A stretch of DNA of 64,000 nucleotides, from the NCBI GenBank assembly GCA_964016885.1, contig OZ024754.1, forward strand, positions 40,982,001 to 41,046,000. The letters run 5' to 3'. The position numbers and the translations under genes were made by a program. Numbering within the stretch: position 1 is the first letter of the stretch; each line of letters begins with the position of its first letter. The stretch is from Eledone cirrhosa (taxonomy: Eukaryota). The notes under the pieces are model-generated. The model made no database searches. It saw only the letters and a list, made by a program, of their open reading frames with translations, and was not told the origin of the DNA. Positions 34,447 through 49,500 of this stretch are shown one piece after another.

Positions 34447-35822
34447 TATATATATATATATATAATCCTCATCAGTATTTAACATCCATTTTCCATGCTA
34501 GCATGGGTTAGATAAGTTGTATCGTTGTGAGACATGTCAGATCAGATGACCATGTCTTGCTCACACATGACTGTATCTGGCTTGGTTTCCATGGCTGGAT
34601 GCTCTTCCTAACCCCAACCAGATTTACAGTGTAGACAGGGTGTTGTTGGTCATGACACCAACATGACCACTTTACTTTTTGGACTGGGTGTTTTTGTCAT
34701 GTTACCAACACGACCACTATAGTGTGAACTGAATGCTTATATTATTCAAATGACTTCTTCAAAATGGCTTACTAAACACACACATGCTTTCCTCCTGTTG
34801 CTACATCTCTTCCTCCCATCTATCTTTATACTTCCTTTATCTTCCAATGTCTAAAATGACTCTTTTCCTACTATATCAACCATCAAAGTAATAAATACCA
34901 TCATTGTACTGTATTGTTCTCTTGTCTTGTTTTTCCTTAACTCTTCACGTGCAATATAATGGTTTCTGACTCAGGCACAAGGCCTAAATTTTAAAGGAAA
35001 GGTAAGTTGATTAAATCAACCCCAGTGCATTACTGGTACTTTATTTTATCAACCCTGTAAAGATGAAAGACAAAGCTAACGTGAGCTGGATCTGAACTCT
35101 GACTATAATGGGCTGTAGCTTATATGCTTCACATGCATATAATATCCACCATACACCTGAGGCTAAGAACATGGTTTGACCATGTTTCAGTTTTTACTTC
35201 ATGTTAACTACTTCACCAGTATTCAGGAATGTTCTTATAACATCCAGAAAACTAATCACTGAGAATCTTCCAGTTATGGTCTCTACTATTATCTTTTGTC
35301 AATTTATGGCCTCTTACTATTATCTTTTGTGTCAATATATGGGCCTCTATTACTATCTTGTATCAATATATGGCCTCTACTATTGTCTTTTGTGTCAATT
35401 TATGGCCTCCACTACTGTCTTGTGTCAATTTATGGCTTCTATTACTGTCTTTTGTGTCAATTTATGGCCCCTACTACTGTCTTTTGTTATAATTCACCCT
35501 GCTCTACCACCTGACTCCCCTCAACCTTCAATGGAACCTGCCTATTGCTCTCACTTCCCTTCTTGTTGTTTATACTCTTTCTTTCTCTCTAAACTCCACA
35601 CCAAACATACAGTACTTAACCTCAATAACTGTAATTACTTGGAATTCCATCCTATCCAATATGTTCCTACAATACACATATCCCCAACTATTCAAAGCGA
35701 ATTGAACTCATTCAGGGGATTCCCATCGCCTAGAACAATGTCCTTCTTTAGTAAAAGAAAAACAACAACAGCAAGAAAAACACAACAATCATATGAAAAC
35801 AAAAACAAAACAATTTTATTTT

Positions 35823-37375
35823 TTACTTTAAATTTCGTTTTAATCCAATACTAAAATCAAATAACTTTTCTTGGTGAAAAACTCCCTTTTTATCCAGCAG
35901 GAAATAAAACCATTTTCCTTTCATCTTCAGTGGGACCTGACTTTTCAGGGAAGTTCGTTGTTGAAGACAGCTGATAGAGTCAAGGGGGGCAACATATTTG
36001 GACTTGTAACCAAATGTGTCAATCTTCACCGCACGTCCCCCTTCCATGAGCCACAGTTTTTTAACAGCTCTGCGTGGATAGATGATGCTAATAAACAGTA
36101 CAACATACCCTGCAAGAGATTGAGAAAATAATAATTATCTTTGAGGAATTAAATGAATACGATCACGATTACAAGCGGCCGAAATGGGGTTCATTCGAAG
36201 GGTCTTTAGAGTAACGTTACCCAATAGAGTGCGTAGCTCGGAGATCAGAGAGTTACTCCAGGTAGAGCCGCTATTTCTCCGAATTGAGAAATCACAGCTC
36301 TAATACTATGAGCGTGTGGTTGGAATGTCTCAGGAAAGAATCGCTGGACAGATTTTACGGGTAAAAACCAATGGGCAGGAGACCGAGTGGGTAGACTCCG
36401 AGCAAGATGGTTGGATAACATCCATGAGCTTGGTTGGTCTCGCTTGGGGATCCAGCTGGATCAGTTAGAGACGGTTGCTTCTGACAGGACCCACTGGAAG
36501 GATTGTTTGAGGACTCTGCCTCACGAACCTCTCAGGAATAAGTGAGAAGAAGAAGAAGAAGAAGAAAATGAGGTGGTGGCGGAGGTTCTGGGGTCAATCC
36601 GTGAAACAGATCAGGAAAGTGAACTTCGGCCAGATATGAACTGAAAACACAGACCCGGAACAAATATCTAACGTTCAAACGACTCTGGCAAATTTGATTT
36701 GAGGCTGTCACTTTTAGCAGATCAGACAACCACCTATAGACGCACTCATAAGAGAAGGGTAAAATAAAAAAAAATTACAAGATCCATTCATACATTTTTC
36801 TCATGTAAGTAAAGCGAAACACAAATATAAAAAAAAAAAATGTACGTATAAAGATACGAACCAACAGTAATACAAAGTAAACCTATGCCATTGCGATACT
36901 TGTTTTCTCCTAAATTAATTCTTTTCCACCATGGTGGTTTAACGTTGTCGTCAGTAACCTTTATATTGCTTTTCGCATCCCTCAATGTTGAATATGTGAA
37001 ACCGGCCAAATGAATCCAGAAAAAAAACTGTAAAATGCCGAGCAAAGTCAAAACTTTGTAGAACCTATCGTTCTCATTTGAATATATTAAGGTGTCTTCG
37101 GTAACATGATGGTTTACTTCAAAAGGTAGTCCAGTTTGACGTTGATGTGAGCTAGAAGTATATATATGTCTATTTAACAAGAATATTGACAGTATTGGTC
37201 CAAGGTTTGATGTCAAGGGTATTGATGACGGAGATATTTTGTTGCAGTGTTTAATAGTTTTAATCCCTTGTCCGATATATCTTTGGTTGTCTGTAATGTT
37301 TTTGAACAGGAACGTGGGTCTGAAAGCAGGACATCGTCCTAAACACAAACTTCGATAGAATAACATATAATGCAT
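35823..37375 (-). CDS. TMEM223: Transmembrane protein 223 (mitochondrial inner membrane, mitoribosome-associated), 2 coding exons
   Basis: Exon 37375-36862 (G|gttcgt) joins exon 36109-35823 (ttgcag|GG). Motifs: DTLIYSNENDRFYKVLTLLGILQFFFW and C-terminal VPLKMKGKWFYFLLDKKGVFHQEKLFDFSIGLKR. The start could be the ATG at 37375 or at 37366. Confidence 0.9.
36170..36565 (+). mobile_element. RTE-like LINE 3' fragment in the TMEM223 intron
   Basis: Remnant EPLFLRIEKSQL...MSQERIA...RARWLDNI...ASDRTHW with a (GAA)n tail. Confidence 0.65.
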
Positions 37376-38609
37376 CTTTTAAAATATTGTTTTGGTTGTT
37401 ATGGATTAAATGGAGGGCTTGTGTTAGAAGGGAGACTATCCTCATATAACAAAGGGAATTAATTGTGTCTACTTTTGGCACAAGGACAGCAATTTGAAGG
37501 GAAGGGGGGGGGGGGGGGGGGGGGAAATCGATAGCTTTGTTTTTCATCCTTACGGAGGTCGATAAAATAAAGTACCAGTAATGCACTGGGGTCGATTTAA
37601 TCGACTTTCCCCTCCCTCAAAACGTTGGCTTTGTTCCTAAATCAGAAACCATTATTTTAGAACATTAAGCTTTATTTCTCATCTTTACAGGATCGAGATA
37701 AAATAAAGTACCAGTAACGCACTGGAGATCGAATTAATCGACTTTACTCTCCAAAACATTGTTGGCCTTATGCCTAAATCAGAAACCATTATTATTATTA
37801 TTTTAACGGATCTTTACACATGCCAAAACCAGGTCTGGTCACTTGATCTGACTTGTCTCACAATGGAACAACTCACCTAATCCATGCTAGCATGGAAAAA
37901 TAGACGTTAAAGTGATGATGATGATATCTCATATGTACTAGCATAGAAATATAAATGTAAAATAACGATCATCCCGTTGTTGTTGAATCTGTCTGTTACA
38001 ATGATGAGTGTTCCTGTGGTTTAACCCTTTGCCATTTACATTACTCTATATTTACTATTATATTTTCACAGTAAAGGCTTTATCTCACATAATATCGAAT
38101 CTATGAGATTTTGATATTATTTATTTTGAGAACAATACCTTAACATCAGTATGAGTGGCCAGTTACGGTTGGTTTGAACAAAAAGAGGTGAGAGAATTCT
38201 GGCCGGTTTAAAACAACAGTACTGCCTGCTTGTGAAATCTACATGGAATTGGCTGAGCACTCTATAGACATATGGACCCTTAACATAGGTTTCAGGGAGA
38301 TTCAGTGTGTGACAAAGTTGGCTTTTAAATTACATGTGTAACTCTTTTTTTTTCCAGCTGAGTGGACTGGAGCAATGTGAAATGAAGTGTCTTGCTCAAG
38401 GACACAACACACCACTGAGAATCAAACTCACAACCTTACAATTGTGAGCAGAACTCCCTAAACACTAAGCCATGTGCCTTCATTATTGATCTTCATCATA
38501 CCCCAGTATGGCAGAAGAAATAAATAGTTGTCTATTGGCATAATGACATACCAAGATACTCTTAGGTCTCGAATAATCAAGACAAGATGGCCACATCTGG
38601 AACAGCATT

Positions 38610-39148
38610 TATTGTAGCCTAGGTCTATTGGGTGAGGACTGGCTCAGGGTTAAACATTGTAGCCTAAGTCTATTGAATGAGGGTTGACTCAGGGTTAAAC
38701 ATTGTAGCCTAGGTCTATTCAATGAGGGTTGACTCAGGGTTAAACATTGTAGCCTAGGTCTATTGGATGAGGGTTGACTCAGGGTTAAACATTGTAGCCT
38801 AGGTCTATTGGGTGAGGGTTGACTCAGGGTTAAACATTGTAGCCTAGGTCTATTGGATGAGGGTTGACTCAGGGTTAAACATTGTAGCCTAGGTCTATTG
38901 GGTGAGGGTTGACTCAGGGTTAAACATTGTAGCCTAGGTCTATTGGATGAGGGTTGACTCAGGGTTAAACATTGTAGCCTAGGTCTATTGGGTGAGGACT
39001 GACTCAGGGTTAAACATTGTAGCCTAGGTCTATTGGATGAGGGTTGACTCAGGGTTAAACATTGTAGCCTAGGTCTATTGAATGAGGGTTGACTCAGGGT
39101 TAAACATTGTAGCCTAGGTCTAGTGAATGAAGGTTGACTCAGGGTTAA
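38610..39148. repeat. 45-bp minisatellite, about 12 copies, between DDX28 and TMEM223
   Basis: Unit attgtagcctaggtctattggatgagggttgactcagggttaaac. Confidence 0.93.
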
Positions 39149-39287
39149 ATAACATGTCTGATGATACAACTATTGTAACATTTATAATGAGGTTCAAATA
39201 AACAACAACAAAATAGAAGTAAACATCAAAACATATAAAACAAAAACAACTAATGTTTTGAAGAAAATTTATTACACATACACAAAT

Positions 39288-39318
<31 letters not shown>

Positions 39319-39575
39319 CATACACACACACACACACACATATATATATCATCATCATCATTTTATGTTCACTTTTCCCTGCTTGGAAGGGTGGAATGGG
39401 TCCTATTCAGCACAGCATCTCTCCATTCGTCACAGTCCTTTATCATTTCCTCTGTGAGCTTCAGCGATCTGAGGTCAGCTCTCACCACCTCTTCCCATAT
39501 ATATATACACACACACATATATATATATATACATACACACACAGTTATTTGTTAAAATCCTAAAGAATCTTCAAA

Positions 39576-42500
39576 TCAGCGATTATCTTTTAGTGCATGT
39601 CGTCCTACATGTTTCCGTTTGATATTTGCGTTAACATTGTGGATTTTTGTCATTTTTCGAGCTGCCATCTGAAATTAGAGGGAAAAAATAATACATACTA
39701 TTAAAATCCTGTTTTACCAACATCGTCAGATAATACAGTGAAGTTTCTTCTCTCGAATTATCTAAAGGTGAAGATGAGAAAGTAAAGTTTTGCAATGTCC
39801 AAACTGTTGAGATTTTGGTTAAATGTCTCACAATTTATGGTTCTACTACATGGATAGACAATGGAGAATTATGGAATTTGTTATGTCCAAAAGTGTTTTG
39901 TACTTGTATTACTCTTCAGTACTGAGCTCCATGTTGACCCATGGACTGTTAATCCATGGACATTCCTCTAATGTGGAACATTACAATATATTTCATGTTA
40001 ATCCATGGCGGATAAGATGATATATTTCATGTTAACCCATGGACTGTTCACCACTACACTCTGTCAAACATCCTCTAATGGCCCTCTACTGACAATATAT
40101 TTTGTGTTAAATGGTCAGTATTAAAGTATTTTCTGTTCCTGATTTCATTGAATTCTTCTAGATGTTTCTATCAGACACCAATACAAGTGTTTTAAGGCTA
40201 TCTTCCCTGTTAAATCAAGGATCAGTCTTGCAGACCCCACGACAAGCTTCATACCCATTATTGAATCCTTTCTGAGGCAATATTTTATGGTCAGATGTCC
40301 TTCTTGATGCTCCCACCCCCACCAAACAACAACAACAACAAACCAGGTTAAAGTCAATGAATGTTGTTGTCAACAAGTTAAAGATACTTACTTCAAGTTT
40401 CCAGACTATTTCAACTTCAAACTTGTGAGCCACTAAAGAAATCACTTCAGAGGTGGCATTTGAACCTACACGCCCAACTCGACCAGCACGGTGGATGTAG
40501 TCGGAGACGAATTGGGGGAAATCATAATTCATAACAGCGTCTACCTGAACAAGAGAAATAATAATAATAATAATAATCTGACCTGGTGATTTTTGACAAG
40601 GAAAAAAGATTGTGCCTGATTGTAAATGTAGCCTGCCTCTTTGACACGAGAGTGCAAGAAAAGGAGAAGGAGAAAATTAACCAATACCAGGAGATTTAAA
40701 GTGGGAGTTAAAACGGATTTGAGCTCAAGATCGTCCCGATTGTCATAGGAGCACTAGGTACTATCTTGAAGAGATTTCAAGGATGGTTACAGAACATTAG
40801 TCCAGCTTCCTTTTTTGGAACACTTCAAAAGGCATGCTTGCTGGGAACAGCAAGAACCCTCCGATACGTCCTGAATGTCTGAGGCTGCAGGTAGCAGCTT
40901 GATGTTCATTTGAACAAACTTTCCAGTTAAATAACATCAATGACTGAGACTCCAAGAATAATAATAATGGTTTCTGATTTAGGCACATGGCCAGCAATTT
41001 GGGGAGAGGGAAAGTCAATTGATTCGATTCCAGTGAATTACTGGTACTTTGTTTAATCAACCCCCGTAAGGATGAAAGGCAAACTTAACCTCGGCAGGAT
41101 TTGAACTCAGATCGTAAAGAGGTGTAACTAACCCTATGCCATAAAGCATGCTGTCCGACGCTCTGGATAATGTAGTTCTGGAATGTCTTTTATCACAGAT
41201 CTTGCTCAATCAGAACTGACCTTGGGGTTAAACAACAACAACAACAACAGCAGCAACAAATATTACTATGACAGTTGTCAATCCAGTAAACACATTTATT
41301 ATTATAATTTAATTATTTAGTTACGACTTCTTATGTCGATAAAGTAAAGTACCAGTAATGCACTGGGGTCGATAAAGTAAAGTACCAGTAATGCACTGGG
41401 GTCAAATAATCCCCTTCCTCTTCCCCCAAGATTGCAGGATTGATTTATTTATATTTTTACAACTATTTAAAAAAAAAAAAACATTTCTTAGGCTAGCCTT
41501 AAATCATTAAAGACACATTTCGGTGATGGAAACAACAGTTGATGACATAAACCCCAGTATATAACTGGTACTTTATTTTATTGATCTTAGAAAGAGAAAA
41601 AGACAAAGTTGACTTTAGTGGGATTTGAACTCAAGACATAAAGGGACCTGATGGAATAAACACTACAAGGTATTTTCATGTCCCCTCCTCCCTCTACCAA
41701 TTCTCCCACCCATCACCCAAGATTATTCTAGAATAATTCCATCCAACTTACATGTGTTGTATCCAAACCTCTCGAAGCAATGTCAGTAGAGACAAGAATA
41801 TTACATTCGCGGTTCATGAATTTATCGTAAATATATTTTCTTTCCTGAAAAAGAAGACATTTTTTTGAAATTGCTAAATAAAAATTGTTTCAAAATCAAT
41901 AACATCAACATCATCATCATCATTTAATGTCTATCTTCCACGCTAGCATGGGTTTAGACGAGAATTATCCCACTTGAGGCAAAGATTGGTCGTCTCGCTC
42001 ATATAGGACTGTATCTGGCAGGTTTTCTACGGCTGGATGCCCTTTCTAACACCAACCACGTTTACATCAAATCAATACTATTATAACATAGAAATAAGTT
42101 TATTTTATATCAGTCATGGGCAAACTGTGGCCCGTTTGTTTTTCTGAATGGCATACCTAATTTCGAAATTACCTTCAATTTTTTAGTAATGTGGCCCGGC
42201 CCACCTTATGATGAGCCACACCTGTTTTATCTAATCTATTCACAATTAATAAGATACTTGGTAAAATGATTGCATAATAACCCTTTGATGAGTTAATATC
42301 TGTATACAACAACTACAACGGTATGCAATGGGGCTCACCCACAGCCCCGGTGGACAGAATGGAAAAGGCGTTTTCCTGGAGGGCGGCAAGGGAGACGCGC
42401 TGGAAAAGCCACTCCAAATCTCGGGGCTCACACCTGCGGCTGGCCAGCTCAGCGCCTATGGTGAAAGAAGTTCTATATAAAATGCAATCTATTAAAATGT

Positions 42501-44241
42501 GGTTCTAGCTCATTTGATATTTTGACATTAGGAAGGGCATCCATCCACAAAAACCAAGCCAGAAACAGTTCTGTATGAGCAAGACATGGTCATCTGATCT
42601 GACTTGTCTCACAACGGAACAACTCATCTAACCCAAGCTAGCATGGAAAAATGGTCATTAAACAATGATGGTGATGAGAGAAGTATTGATAGCTAAAGTG
42701 TTCAATTATTCAAGAGATCATACTCACATCAGCATAAACATTTCCATTAAAAAGAAAAGCTGAGACACCATTATCTTGTAGGAACTTGTATAACCAATAA
42801 CTGCTGGCATTGTCCTTACAAAATAACATCACTGAAGACTTCTTGTTAACACTCTTCTTGGCAAACTTCAATACAAAACCTAAAGGTAGAAATATTCTCC
42901 ATTATTATTTATTCTGGTGGTTTGGCAGAATCGGTAGAGCATCAGACACCATGCTTTGTAACATAGAGTTATAGCCCTTTGCGTTCTGAGTTCAAATCCT
43001 GCTGAGGTTAATTTTGCCTTTCATCCTTATGGGATCGGTAAACTAAAGTACCAGTAATATACTGGGATAATTGCTGGCCTTGTGCCAAAAGTAGAAACAA
43101 TTATTATTTATTCCTCTCACATTTTATAGCAGAATAAACAACAAGAATAAATCCGTTAAACAAAGAATTCACTATTACAACAAATAATAACCATTTTATG
43201 GCCATTGTCCTCATTAAAGCAAGGATATGCCATACAGGCCCTGTAATGAGCTTTTCTATGTATTCCCTATCACCAATTTCATTTCCTTCCTCATCCTCTT
43301 TAGCTTTTCTTGGTCTTCCCCTTCTACTTCCTTCCACATTCATTTCCATCACTTCTCTTACCCAGACACTTTCTTCCTTCAACACATGACCTAACCATCT
43401 CATTCCATCTTCTCAACATTCACCACTGGGTCTATCTCCATCATCCTGTGTTTCATTGTTTGGTTTCCTCTCCTTGAGTGATATTCCACTCATCTACCGA
43501 ACCATTCTCATTTGCATACTCCCGTCCCCCACTTCTCTGCTGCTCCACATTCATCACTCAAGTCTTACACCTGTAACTCGTTACTGTTACTTACCTGCTT
43601 TTTCAGAAGGTAAAAGTCGAACAAACTTCTGTTTGATATGAGGTGGAATTTGGTGTAAATATTCTGTAGTTATTTTGGTAAATGTTTCCAGCTGTAAGAA
43701 AACATGAAGAGTTGTGATTGAAAGTTGGTGAACTGAGACAACAGTGATGATTTCATCATCATTACTATTTTACACCTGCTTTTCCATGTTTACATGGGTT
43801 GGACAGGGTTTTTCTAGCATAGCTTGTCCCCCATCCTCAATGCAATCCTTCATCATCTCCTCTGTGAGCTTCAGCGTGCACCACCTCTGTCCAGGTCTTC
43901 CTTAGTCTCCCTCTACTGCAGCATTCTTTTACTGGGATTTCTTGGCACATCATTCTTGGTAGATGAGAGGGATAAGTTGTAGTGTGCGAGAGAGAAGACT
44001 GCGATGGTATGGACATGTGATGCGCATGGAGGATGACCGCTGGGTAAAGAAGTGCCAAGAAATGCCAGTAGAAGGAAGACGCAGTAGAGGAAGACCACAA
44101 AAACATGGGCGGAGGTGGTGAGAGCAGACCTCAGATTGCTGAAGCTCACGGAAGAGATGACGAAGAACCGTGACGAATGGAGAGATGGTGTGCTGAATAG
44201 GACCCGTCCCACCCTTGCAAGCAGGGAAAAGCGGACGTAAA

Positions 44242-44294
<53 letters not shown>

Positions 44295-46475
44295 CTTCAC
44301 CTGTCAATCATCATTCATATTCATCACATCCCCATACCAGTGTTGTCATATCTTTCACACATTCAATAAAACAGATTGGCTGAGACTGATTGAAAAGACA
44401 GTTTAACTTACTGGGATAATGTTTCCAATCTTTTCATCCAAGCTTGTTGGCAGTGTTGCACTAGCAAGAATTACCTGGGTACCTGTAACTGGAAGGGTTG
44501 AGAGCTCAGGAGAGGCAGTAGATTCACTGAGGTTTACAGGTGACGACGTTTTGATATGTGTCTATAATATAAAGGAACAAATGAAGAAAAGACAAACATC
44601 CTCATCATCATCATTGTTTAACATCCATTTTTCTATGCTAGCATCAACTCCATCACTCATTTGGCAATCCCTGGCACTAGAGATCGCAGCAGACCAAGGA
44701 AGACGTGGTTGGAGTGCGTGAAGAGTGATTCGTATAAATGGAACTTGGCCAATGTCGATACCATGGACAGAAATTCATGGAGAGCGGCTGTGAGACACTG
44801 CCTGGTGTTGTCTGCCTCGGAGTTCGGGACAACCGCAGCAAAACTGGATATGGATGGATGGAGCATGGGTTAGACGAGTCGTTCTGAAATAGGTCAGATC
44901 AGGAGATCGTGACTTGCTCATACAGAACTGTTGTTTCTGGCTAGGTTTCTAGGGTTGGATGCCCTTCCTAATGCCAACCACATTTACAGAGTGAACTGAG
45001 TACTTTTTATCACGGCACAAAACAACCACTTTACAGTGTCTACTGGGTGCTTTTTGTCGTGACATCCAATACGATCACTTTATAGTGTGGACTGGGTGCT
45101 TTTTGTCGTGATACCAACAAGATCACTTTACAGTGTGGACTGAGTACTTTTTGTCATGACACCTACACAACCACTTTACAGTGTGGACTGGGTGCTTTTT
45201 GTCGTGACACCTACATGACCACTTTACAGTGTGGACTGGGTGCTTTTTATTGTGACACCTATCATATTAGACATTATAAACATTAATTTGAAACAGAAAA
45301 CATTGATTCTGTTTCTTTCTCCTCTCTTAACCCATTTCATACAAAACTCTGAAAATGTTCCTGGTTCTATGGTACAAAACTGTTTGTTTTTAAGTATCTA
45401 AAAACCTTCCATCAATTTTAAGTAGGAACCTTTGTTAAGTTGTGTTCCAAACACCAACTTAATGAGAAAGTTATATTACTAAATCTCTCTTGATTATTTT
45501 CGAAATTAATAGAAAATTATAGGCAGTGTCTTTCATTGCTGGAAGGTATGTTTGAAGAAGACCCTGCCTCCAAGAAGAAGAAGAAGAAGGAGGAAGAGTG
45601 CATTAGTAGACCAATTTCTACAGAAATAGTAGATAATATGTTGATACATACTTTCATATTGTTAAGGATGCTGACAATATCAGAATAGAAGCTGTCGTCT
45701 AACAAAGTGTCTGCCTCATCTAATACCAGTTGGAAAAGGTTGTGGAATTTTATACGATCTGAAAATAACATTAAATAGAATTGCATTGTAGACTGGTGAA
45801 GGTGGTGGTGGTGGTGGAGGTGATGGTGGTGGTGGTAGTGGTAGTGGTGGTGATGTTTGTGGTGATGATGATGGTGGTGGTGATGTTGGTGGTGGTGGTG
45901 ATGGTAGTGGTGGTGATGATGGTGGTGGTGATGGTAGTGGTGGTGATGATGGTGGTGGTGATAGTGGTGGTGGTGATGGTGGTGGTGGTGATGGTGGTGG
46001 TGGCGATGGTAGTGATGATAATTATGACGATTATTTTTAATGTTGATGATGAGTGATTTAACATCAATATTTGTATGTGGGGATATATATATATACATTC
46101 ATATATATATATATACATATGTGTATATATATATATACATTCATATATATATATATATACATGTGTATATATATATATATATATACATGTGTATATATAT
46201 ATATATACATATGTGTATATATATATATATATACATGTGTATATATATATATACATGTGTGTGTATATATATATATATATACATATGTGTATATATATAC
46301 ATTCATATATATATATATACATGTGTATATATATATATATATATATATGTGTAACTCCGTAAGTCCTAATACTTACTTTTAGTCATCACTGCCCGTAAAG
46401 CTCCAGATGTCGTCACTAGGAGATCCATGTTATTATCCAACTCTAACTTTTCCTTGGGGAAGAAACAACAACAAT

Positions 46476-46516
<41 letters not shown>

Positions 46517-49500
46517 GGATTTTACTTTAGGCACAAGACCAGCAATTTTGGGGGGAGGGGAAATTCAATTGAATCAACCCCCAGTGCGTTACTGGTACCT
46601 ATTATAAGTATACAATAGCCACATGTATGGTTGTGTAGTTTATAACTTAGTTTTGCAATCTTAACCAAGTTAGGGAGGTGGTGGTGTGGGTTATGACAGA
46701 GTTAGGGAGGTGGTGGTGTGGGTTATGACAGAGTTAGGGAGGTGGTGGTGTGGGTTATGACAGAGTTAGGGAGGTGGTGGTGTGGGTTATGACAGAGTTA
46801 GGGAGGTGGTGGTGTGGGTTATGACAGAGTTAGGGAGGTGGTGGTGTGGGTTATGACAGAGTTAGGGAGGTGGTGGTGTGGGTTATGACAGAGTTAGGGA
46901 GGTGGTGGTGTGGGTTATGACAGAGTTAGGGAGGTGGTGGTGTGGGTTATGACAGAGTTAGGGAGGTGGTGGTGTGGGTTATGACAGAGTTAGGGAGGTG
47001 GTGGTGTGGGTTATGACAGAGTTAGGGAGGTGGTGGTGTGGGTTATGACAGAGTTAGGGAGGTGGTGGTGTGGGTTATGACAGAGTTAGGGAGGTGGTGG
47101 TGTGGGTTATGACAGAGTTAGGGAGGTGGTGGTGTGGGTTATGACAGAGTTAGGGAGGTGGTGGTGTGGGTTATGACAGAGTTAGGGAGGTGGTGGTGTG
47201 GGTTATGACAGAGTTAGGGAGGTGGTGGTGTGGGTTATGACAGCATTAAGGTAGGTGTTAAGATGTGTTAACTGATTAAAAAATAAGGGGTCTTACCATC
47301 AATCCAACTTTTCCAAGGATTAACTGAGGTTTTAAAGGCACAAATTTTGCCAGTGAGGTTACAACAGACTAGAAGTAAAACAAAGTAACAACATTCAAAA
47401 TATCGTATGAAGATATTGAGGTTATATAATGTTAAGGGAGAGAAGTGAGAGAAGCCTCTTTGGTGATGACGGACTACTGGTTTACACTTAGAAAGTTCCC
47501 CTAAAAAGTAGAAGCTTGGGCAGGTGTGGAAAACCAGCAGTCAGCCATGCATGGCAGTTCCCCCACTTTCCACACCACTAATGTCGGCCAAGGATACAAC
47601 CTGGCTCCAGTGATGTTCGCAATTCATTTTTTTCTTCCAGTTGTGTAAACTGGTGCAATGTAAAATAAAGTGACTTGCTCAAGGACACAACACATCACCC
47701 ATTCCAAGAACTGAACTCACACCCTCACAGTTGTGAGCCCAACACTCTATCCACTCAGCCATATTCCTTCATTATAATGTTATGTATGCATGGTCCCGTA
47801 ACTCCTGAAGGAATCATAGGGGCACCATACTGACATAGAGTTTCTAGGGCATTTTTTAAAAACCTGTTGGAGCCCATCTCCTCTCCAGGACCGAATACAG
47901 CAGGTTTCTTTCAGAGACAGATAAATAATGAGAGAATGGGAGTCAGAAAAAAGATATCATCATCCTCATCATTTTACATCCGCTTTTCCCTGCTTGCAAG
48001 GGTGGGACGGGAACTCATTCTGGCTTTATTTCTACAGCTGGATGCCCTTCCTAACACCAACCTCATTTACAGTGAGTGCTGGGTGCTTTTTTGCCGTGGC
48101 ACCTCCACGACCACTTTGCAGTGGAATGATAGGGACCCCTGTCCCTATCATCTCATTTCAACAGCTGAGTAAACTGGAGCAATGTGAAATAAAGTGTCTT
48201 GCTCAAGTAAACAACACATCACCTGGTCTGAGAATTGAACTCACAACCTTTCGATTGCAAGGCCAATGCTCTAACCACTAGAAAAAGAATTAACCCCAGT
48301 ACTTGACTGTTACTTTTTTATCTCCTAAATACCAGCTAGGGAGACACAGAGTTCAATTCCTCATAGTAGCCAATAGCAACTTTTTTGTCCATCTCTTAAG
48401 GGTCTTCACCCTATTTTATAAACTATTTTACATTTCCATACATGAACACATCATTCTTTATACTAACTTTATTTTCTCAGCGCTTTGTAAAAGTCCGAGA
48501 GATCAGCTACATGTACATGATGTTTAAATGTTAACAGAGATTTAGACAGTCAAAAGTTCAGATAATGTTGTTGTACCTACCATAATCTGGAGAGCCAGTT
48601 CTCGTGTCGGAACTATAATTATAGATTTGGGAGACTTCTTATGTTTGGATCGACCCATTAAATCATTATATTGCTGAACTAACTGGAAAACTGGCAGCAG
48701 ATATGACAATGTCTTACCACTTCCTGTAGAATAAAGATGTCACAATGAGTCGGGAGTTAGTACTGATATGGTGTGGTAACATGTGGATGTAGTGTAGTAC
48801 TGATGTGATGGTCTGGTAACATGTGGATGTAATGTAGTACTGATGTTGTAACATGTGGATGTAGTGTAGTACTGATGTGATAGTGTGGTAACATGTGGAT
48901 GTAGAGTAGTACTGATGTGATAACATGGTGGATGGTGTGGTAACCTCATGATGAGCCACATTCTATATGGCCCACTACTTGAAAAAGTTGCCCCTGCCTG
49001 GTCTATCGTATAAAGAAGGAGACAGCTTTATGTTGTCTATAGCAACAGAGAGGTCTTGAAAGCTGACAGAAGTACTGAATATGGTGGAAGGTAATTCCAG
49101 TGTAGGGTGAAATGTGCTGCAGTAGTTTAGATGGTATGGTGTGATATAAGAGGTTTGGCCGCTATTTCTAGCAGGTGGAGGAACCATATACAGGCTGTCT
49201 TAGTAACTTGTGTTTTGTCTGTTGGAAGCCAAAATAATTCTCTAGACATGTAACTCTTACCAGTTTCAGCAGCACAGATGACATTATTGCCTTGCAAAAC
49301 TTCTGGTATCGCCTTCATCTGTAAAATATTAAAATATTTTCAACAATTGAGCGATTTATAGCAGAGGCTTATTACTTGTGTTATAAGGGTGGCAGATTGG
49401 CAGAATCGGTAGAGCGTTCAACATACTTTGCAGCATAGAGTTACAGCTCTTTACATTCTGAGTACAAATCCCACCAAAGTTAGCTTTATCTATCATCCTT

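Noticed and set aside
38609-39169. 186-aa repetitive ORF (LQCLTLSQPSSNRPR)n
   Set aside because: A 45-bp minisatellite that happens to be stop-free, with a non-ATG start and no splice support.
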